DNA of 64,000 bases from NCBI GenBank assembly GCA_965261395.1, contig OZ253462.1:320001-384000 (forward strand), written 5' to 3'. Below, piece after piece: positions 59,642-64,000 of the stretch. This stretch comes from Candidatus Latescibacterota bacterium (GTDB taxonomy: Bacteria > Latescibacterota > UBA2968 > UBA8231). Positions within the stretch are counted from its first letter, which is position 1, and every line of letters begins with the position of its first letter. Below the pieces are notes generated by a model. It was not told the origin of the DNA, did no database searches, and was given only the letters and a program-made list of their open reading frames with translations. The position numbers were made by a program, and so were the translations under genes.

Positions 59642-61564
59642 TTAATAAATCAGCCGGACGATCGCGACTTCGACATCCTTGGCCTTGTCCGAGTCCACTT
59701 CGAGACGCAAGAGGTAAAGCCCTGGAGGCAGCAGGTTGCCCGCATCGTCCACGCCCTCCCAAGCGACCGAGAACCGGCCACTGGCCGCTGTACTATGGGC
59801 CACCTTGCATCGCTTCACTCCCGCCAGATCGTAGAGATCAATCGCCACGGGCACAGCACCGCTGAGGTTTACCAGATCGTATTCAATCTGTAGCACATCG
59901 TTGACGCCGTCGCCGTTGGGCGTGAAGACCTGTGGCGAAAGCCACAATGCCTTGACCGCCGCATTGGCCACCGTACCCAATCCCACGCTCAGGGTATTGC
60001 TCTCGGCCAGATCATCGGCGTTCCCCGCAGTGATACGCTGGCGCACTTCATGGGGACGCTGGCTGTCGAAGACCCGGCCCGAAAACACCGTACCCACCTG
60101 AAAGACCTCGGCCTGAAATTCGACCTCGACCAACTCGCCCGTGCGGTTGAGATCAATCCGCGGTACTTGTACCACAAAGCTTTTGGCGTCCTTTTCCACG
60201 ATGGTAAAATTCTGCTCTTCGCCGCCGATATACACTGCGTCAATGCTCGTGACTTCTATGGGGGTGTCGATCTCAATGCTGTCGAAGCCGAGATCATTCT
60301 GCTCTAAGTTGGGCAGGATTTTGTAGGTGAATTGGACGATCTCGCCCACCTCGACTTGGTGCGGCACGATCTCGGCCAGCACTTGGCTAGCCACCGGCGG
60401 CTGGGAGACGCTAAACTGCAAGTACTCCATGCGTCCGGCCGCAAGGGATAGCTCCGAGAGGAAGTCCGCCTTGAACTGCAAGTAGCGCCGAGGCCGTGAA
60501 CCCACTAATTCGGAATGCCCCCTATCGAAATCGAGCGGCGGCGTCCAGAACTCCCAACTTTCGTTGTCTGGGCTGATCCCGGCTTTCTCGCCTGCCTCTA
60601 GTCTTTTATAGCGGTCTAGGGTGAGCGGCTCGCCGCTGGTTGCAAAGCGGGAGCGCTCATCGCCTCTGAACGTGAAGCGCCAGTAGAAATTGGGATCCGT
60701 GTCGTCGCCGCTGCGCATACTCAGATTGACCGTTGCGCCCTGATCTCGGCTGCCCGACCAAGTCAACTCGCCTAGACTAGAAGCCGTACCTAAATCAATG
60801 ACATTAGATACATAGCTGGCCTGCGAGGCAAAGCCATCCCCGAAGATCTCAAATTCGGCGATCTCCCAATTGCCGACTGGTGCCTTAAAAAGAATTTCAG
60901 CAATGGGGCGATCTGGCAGTTCCAAATCGAGAAAGGGTTCCAAATTATTGGCGACCTTGAACGCGATATCGTAATCGAGAAATGCCCCGCGCCAATAGTA
61001 CTGCCCCTCTCGGGTTCCCTTTTTGCGCGAATCGCCATCGTTAGTGCCTATCTCGAACACCTCGATGAAGCGCTGGTGAGCAAAGCGCTCCGTGGTAGAA
61101 ATTTTGATGCGCCGTATGGGAAACAGTCCGTTCAACTCAAACCAGATGCCCTTTTTGCACGGCGAGCAGTCGGCCGACTGGCTGCGGCCGCTACCCAAAT
61201 AAGCAGTGGTCAGATCGCCGTCCATCAGATTGTCCAAGAGGGCTTCCGATTGCCAACCGTAGGAATTGTTCGAGCGTATGCCGCCGCCCCGCCCCCGGAT
61301 CAGAGGCGTCAGATTGACGGTGGGATCTAGGCGCTGAGGCTCGATAGAATGGGTCGCTACCTCCAAGAGGTCTATCCTACCGAGCTGTTTTTCGTCCACA
61401 TCAGCCCAAGATAGCTGGACAAATTCAAAATCCCCTTCCACTTCCGGCGGCGGCAACTCCTCGCCGCCAATGCGATACACGGTGAGCGCCTCTACCTCAG
61501 CTAGCCCATAGCAAAAGCTCCCGACTAGAGCAGCCGACAAAAGTCGCAGCAAATTCCCTCTCAT
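59642..61564 (-). CDS. Secreted protein with discoidin-like domain and C-terminal FlgD Ig-like domain
   Basis: Signal peptide; DGDLTTAY, EIAEFEIFG; FTPNGDGVND...YDLAG...WEG.D..G..LPPGLY. Confidence 0.72.
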   Translation of the reverse strand: MRGNLLRLLSAALVGSFCYGLAEVEALTVYRIGGEELPPPEVEGDFEFVQLSWADVDEKQLGRIDLLEVATHSIEPQRLDPTVNLTPLIRGRGGGIRSNNSYGWQSEALLDNLMDGDLTTAYLGSGRSQSADCSPCKKGIWFELNGLFPIRRIKISTTERFAHQRFIEVFEIGTNDGDSRKKGTREGQYYWRGAFLDYDIAFKVANNLEPFLDLELPDRPIAEILFKAPVGNWEIAEFEIFGDGFASQASYVSNVIDLGTASSLGELTWSGSRDQGATVNLSMRSGDDTDPNFYWRFTFRGDERSRFATSGEPLTLDRYKRLEAGEKAGISPDNESWEFWTPPLDFDRGHSELVGSRPRRYLQFKADFLSELSLAAGRMEYLQFSVSQPPVASQVLAEIVPHQVEVGEIVQFTYKILPNLEQNDLGFDSIEIDTPIEVTSIDAVYIGGEEQNFTIVEKDAKSFVVQVPRIDLNRTGELVEVEFQAEVFQVGTVFSGRVFDSQRPHEVRQRITAGNADDLAESNTLSVGLGTVANAAVKALWLSPQVFTPNGDGVNDVLQIEYDLVNLSGAVPVAIDLYDLAGVKRCKVAHSTAASGRFSVAWEGVDDAGNLLPPGLYLLRLEVDSDKAKDVEVAIVRLIY

Positions 61565-61605
61565 TATCTACCTCCTACACCGGTAGATGATCCAGATAGT
61601 AAATA

Positions 61606-61640
61606 AAAGGAGGGGAGGAATAGAATTCCCCCCCTCCTTT
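61606..61640 (-). terminator. Intrinsic terminator after gene 61670-62590
   Basis: Minus strand AAAGGAGGGGGGGAAT-TCT-ATTCCTCCCCTCCTTTT. Confidence 0.7.
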
Positions 61641-61669
61641 ATGAGGCGCTTATGCGGTGCAAAAACCGC

Positions 61670-62590
61670 TTATTTGCCGAATGAAGCCTTGATCTGGCCC
61701 CAAGTGTTGTCTTCGACGGCTGTGGGAGCGACACCTTCAAAGGCGGACTCGTCAACGCCCAGCAGCACCCAGTCAGCCAAGAAATCGGCGTCGCCGAAGG
61801 ATTCGATGTTGGGACTGATGGCCCAGCGCGAATGGCAGTTACAATCGTCGGATAGCTCGGCATCGGTATCGAAGACGTGCCCTGTAAGGCCGATGATCTC
61901 GTCCTGCTGGAAGTCGTGGAGCACGCTCCCTTGGGGGTCTTCCCAGTTGAAGTCGTCCCAATAGACGCTCCACCACTCGCCCCGTTGGCGCATCTCCTCA
62001 AAGGAATTGGGAGCCGTGCCGCTAAACCAATACGAATGGTCGGAATACGGCGGCGTGTCGTACCAGGTAGCCTGGGTCATCCAGAACCAGTTCCACTCTC
62101 CCTCGCGGGCTTGGCCATTGTCGAACCAATAGTGGCTGATTTGCGCATGGCGACCGCGCTGACGTGCCACCTCTTCTTCGGTCTGGCCTTCCAGATCCCA
62201 AAAGGAGCCACCCGAGTGATCGGCGTCCACAGTCGTTTCGACCGACTCATTGCCCAACTGGTACTTGTCGTCGAAGCGCTCGTAGGCCCAGTAGATGCGG
62301 TTGGTTTCCTCGTTCCAAGTGGGAATCCAGCGGAAGGAAATCGAGGACACGTCCAGATCGCCGGTGTAGATCCACGGCCGGGCCGTGCTCTGTACGACGC
62401 TCTGCTCGGTGATCCAAAATTCCTCGGGAATGATATCCCATTCGCTCAGATCGGCATCTAAGACCGGAAGATGAGTCTCGGGCCATTGCCACACCGCGCC
62501 GATAAAATCGGGCGGATCGTGGGCTTGGACCTTGGTGCTCAGGCCGAGCAAAAGCGCAGTGGCAAATAAAGCGGATAAAACTTTCTTCAA
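61670..62590 (-). CDS. Secreted acidic Trp-rich protein (CBM9/DOMON-like start) with C-terminal TAVExxTWGQIK motif
   Basis: AGGAGG RBS, TTG start, signal peptide, PVLDADLSEW, ends PTAVEDNTWGQIKASFGK. Confidence 0.75.
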   Translation of the reverse strand: MKKVLSALFATALLLGLSTKVQAHDPPDFIGAVWQWPETHLPVLDADLSEWDIIPEEFWITEQSVVQSTARPWIYTGDLDVSSISFRWIPTWNEETNRIYWAYERFDDKYQLGNESVETTVDADHSGGSFWDLEGQTEEEVARQRGRHAQISHYWFDNGQAREGEWNWFWMTQATWYDTPPYSDHSYWFSGTAPNSFEEMRQRGEWWSVYWDDFNWEDPQGSVLHDFQQDEIIGLTGHVFDTDAELSDDCNCHSRWAISPNIESFGDADFLADWVLLGVDESAFEGVAPTAVEDNTWGQIKASFGK

Positions 62591-62701
62591 AGCGAAACCT
62601 CCTTTTTGAGGTGTGAGGTTTTGAAGGCGAGAAACAGGAAGTCGATAGTTAGCTTCTACGCTCTGTAATTAATAAAAATAGATTGTGAGGTCAAGCAAAA
62701 A

Positions 62702-64000
62702 TCACTTTAAGCCGGCGATGATCGACAGAAAACTCAAGCCCGAGGTCTCGATCTCTCGGCTCCGATCAACTACCTCCAACGAGCGGCGATCGAGGCGGAT
62801 GCCCACCTGAGTGGTTAGCTCATAGCCTAGGTATTGGCTGATATTGGTGAGTTGCAACGCCAAAACCGAGCCGCGAAAATCTCCGGTGAAAAGCCCCGCC
62901 GCCGGTTCGTCTTCTCCTCCTTTGAGGTCGAAAAAAGAGCGCTGCTCCAAGCCGAACTCTAACTCGGTGGTCTCGAGCACTGGCACACTGCCAACAAAGA
63001 AGAAGAGGCCGTCCCAAGAGCGCCGCTTGTCGAATGCTCGGCTAAAGGGCACCTCGCGCAGGAATTCGCTCTTGAGTTTGGGCCTGAAACTCAGCGACCG
63101 CCAGCAAAAGACATATTCGATCTTATTGATCAGCCCGACAAAGCCCGAGGTCCGCCGCCCGTTGCGCCCCTCGGGGCCTAGCGGATCAAAGGCCACCACA
63201 GGATCGCCGGCCTCGTCTGATGCATCGCGCAAAAATTCGACCTCGCTGTCGCGCTGCCGCCAAGTCTCCCATTTGAAGCGATGCAAAGTCCGCCACAAAC
63301 GCGGGCTGGCGTACTCCCAGTCGGCGTAAAACGTGTTGATCCAAGTGTCCGTCGCGGCCAAGGGGTCCAATACCGGCACATTGCTGCCAGCCGACTCGGC
63401 CGCCGCGCCAAATGCACTTCTAGGAATGATCCACTGAACCAAGTGGTCGGCGATCGCGTCCTCGGCCTTCTTAACCATGTCGAAAACCCGCAGACGGCCC
63501 CACCTCGATCCGCTCTGCTCCAAGACGAACATTCCATAGCTAGTCAGGTTGCGGCGGTCGCTCGCCAAGCGGATCTGCCGCAACTGACCCACCCGGAGCC
63601 GGATACCCGGTGCCACTTCGATCCCGCCGAAGAGATTGTAGCCCCAGTGGTCTCGCTTGTAGGGATAGTCCGGCTCTTGGTCGTTTTCAAAGCGCTCCAC
63701 CCACCCATTGTTGTTGAGATCGATGCCGAAGAGAAATTCCGGGCGATCCGCGGCATAGCGCAAAAAAGGCTCGTCGTAGTCGGGGAAAAAATTCACCCGA
63801 TCGACAGTGCTATTCTGGTTGAAATCCGAGATAAAGTCGCGATTCTCGTCATAACCGGGGAAAACCGCCGGATCAGCCACGCCGCGAACCTCGATTTCGC
63901 TGCGGCGCTCGGTGGGGACAAAGCTGCCCTCGCCCACCCGCAGCCAGTCGGGCTGCCGGTCGTTGTCGTCGTTGTCATCTACAAACTCGTAGTGCAGGTT
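62702..64000 (-). CDS. C-terminal part of a large hypothetical envelope protein (Ca-binding DxNxD loops and amphipathic beta strands); 5' end outside the window
   Basis: Frame open to the window edge (NLHYEFVDDNDDNDRQPDW...), DENRDFISDFNQN, DLNNNG, alternating-residue strands at the C-terminus. Confidence 0.7.
   Translation of the reverse strand, partial: NLHYEFVDDNDDNDRQPDWLRVGEGSFVPTERRSEIEVRGVADPAVFPGYDENRDFISDFNQNSTVDRVNFFPDYDEPFLRYAADRPEFLFGIDLNNNGWVERFENDQEPDYPYKRDHWGYNLFGGIEVAPGIRLRVGQLRQIRLASDRRNLTSYGMFVLEQSGSRWGRLRVFDMVKKAEDAIADHLVQWIIPRSAFGAAAESAGSNVPVLDPLAATDTWINTFYADWEYASPRLWRTLHRFKWETWRQRDSEVEFLRDASDEAGDPVVAFDPLGPEGRNGRRTSGFVGLINKIEYVFCWRSLSFRPKLKSEFLREVPFSRAFDKRRSWDGLFFFVGSVPVLETTELEFGLEQRSFFDLKGGEDEPAAGLFTGDFRGSVLALQLTNISQYLGYELTTQVGIRLDRRSLEVVDRSREIETSGLSFLSIIAGLK

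Noticed and set aside
1724-62461. Many long antisense or alternate-frame ORFs (e.g. 1724-2497, 22617-23648, 30276-31154, 38455-39303)
   Set aside because: Shadow ORFs expected in GC-rich coding DNA; they overlap well-supported genes and show no motifs.
1-64000. tRNA, rRNA or IS transposase genes
   Set aside because: None recognised; intergenic gaps are short and lack the signatures.

Overview
GC-rich bacterial chromosomal window. The gene content (7 PhyH dioxygenases, 4 FG-GAP/ASPIC-UnbV proteins, 2 DUF6785-like transporters, an FlgD-Ig protein, a 'TWGQIK' C-terminus) suggests a Ca. Latescibacterota/Poribacteria-like organism, possibly a sponge symbiont; this is inference only. From left to right: the trailer end of a CRISPR array (37-bp repeats, no cas genes in view); sugar-acid/PhyH catabolic genes; FKBP and an ABC-2 exporter behind tandem terminators; a decayed integron-like cassette cluster (attC-like sites, GNAT fragments, nucleotidyltransferase, DMT pseudogene); a GmrSD-like DUF262 gene that appears to have displaced most of tcmP next to DUF5131; more PhyH genes and a PIN/AbrB TA pair; a ~19-kb ASPIC/TPR/spermidine-synthase-like/membrane cluster; and a right-end envelope locus (large Ca-loop protein, TWGQIK protein, FlgD-Ig protein, SurA-like PPIase, receptor-L lipoprotein). 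The last two are the best candidates for undescribed systems. All family calls come from motif recognition by eye; no database searches were run.
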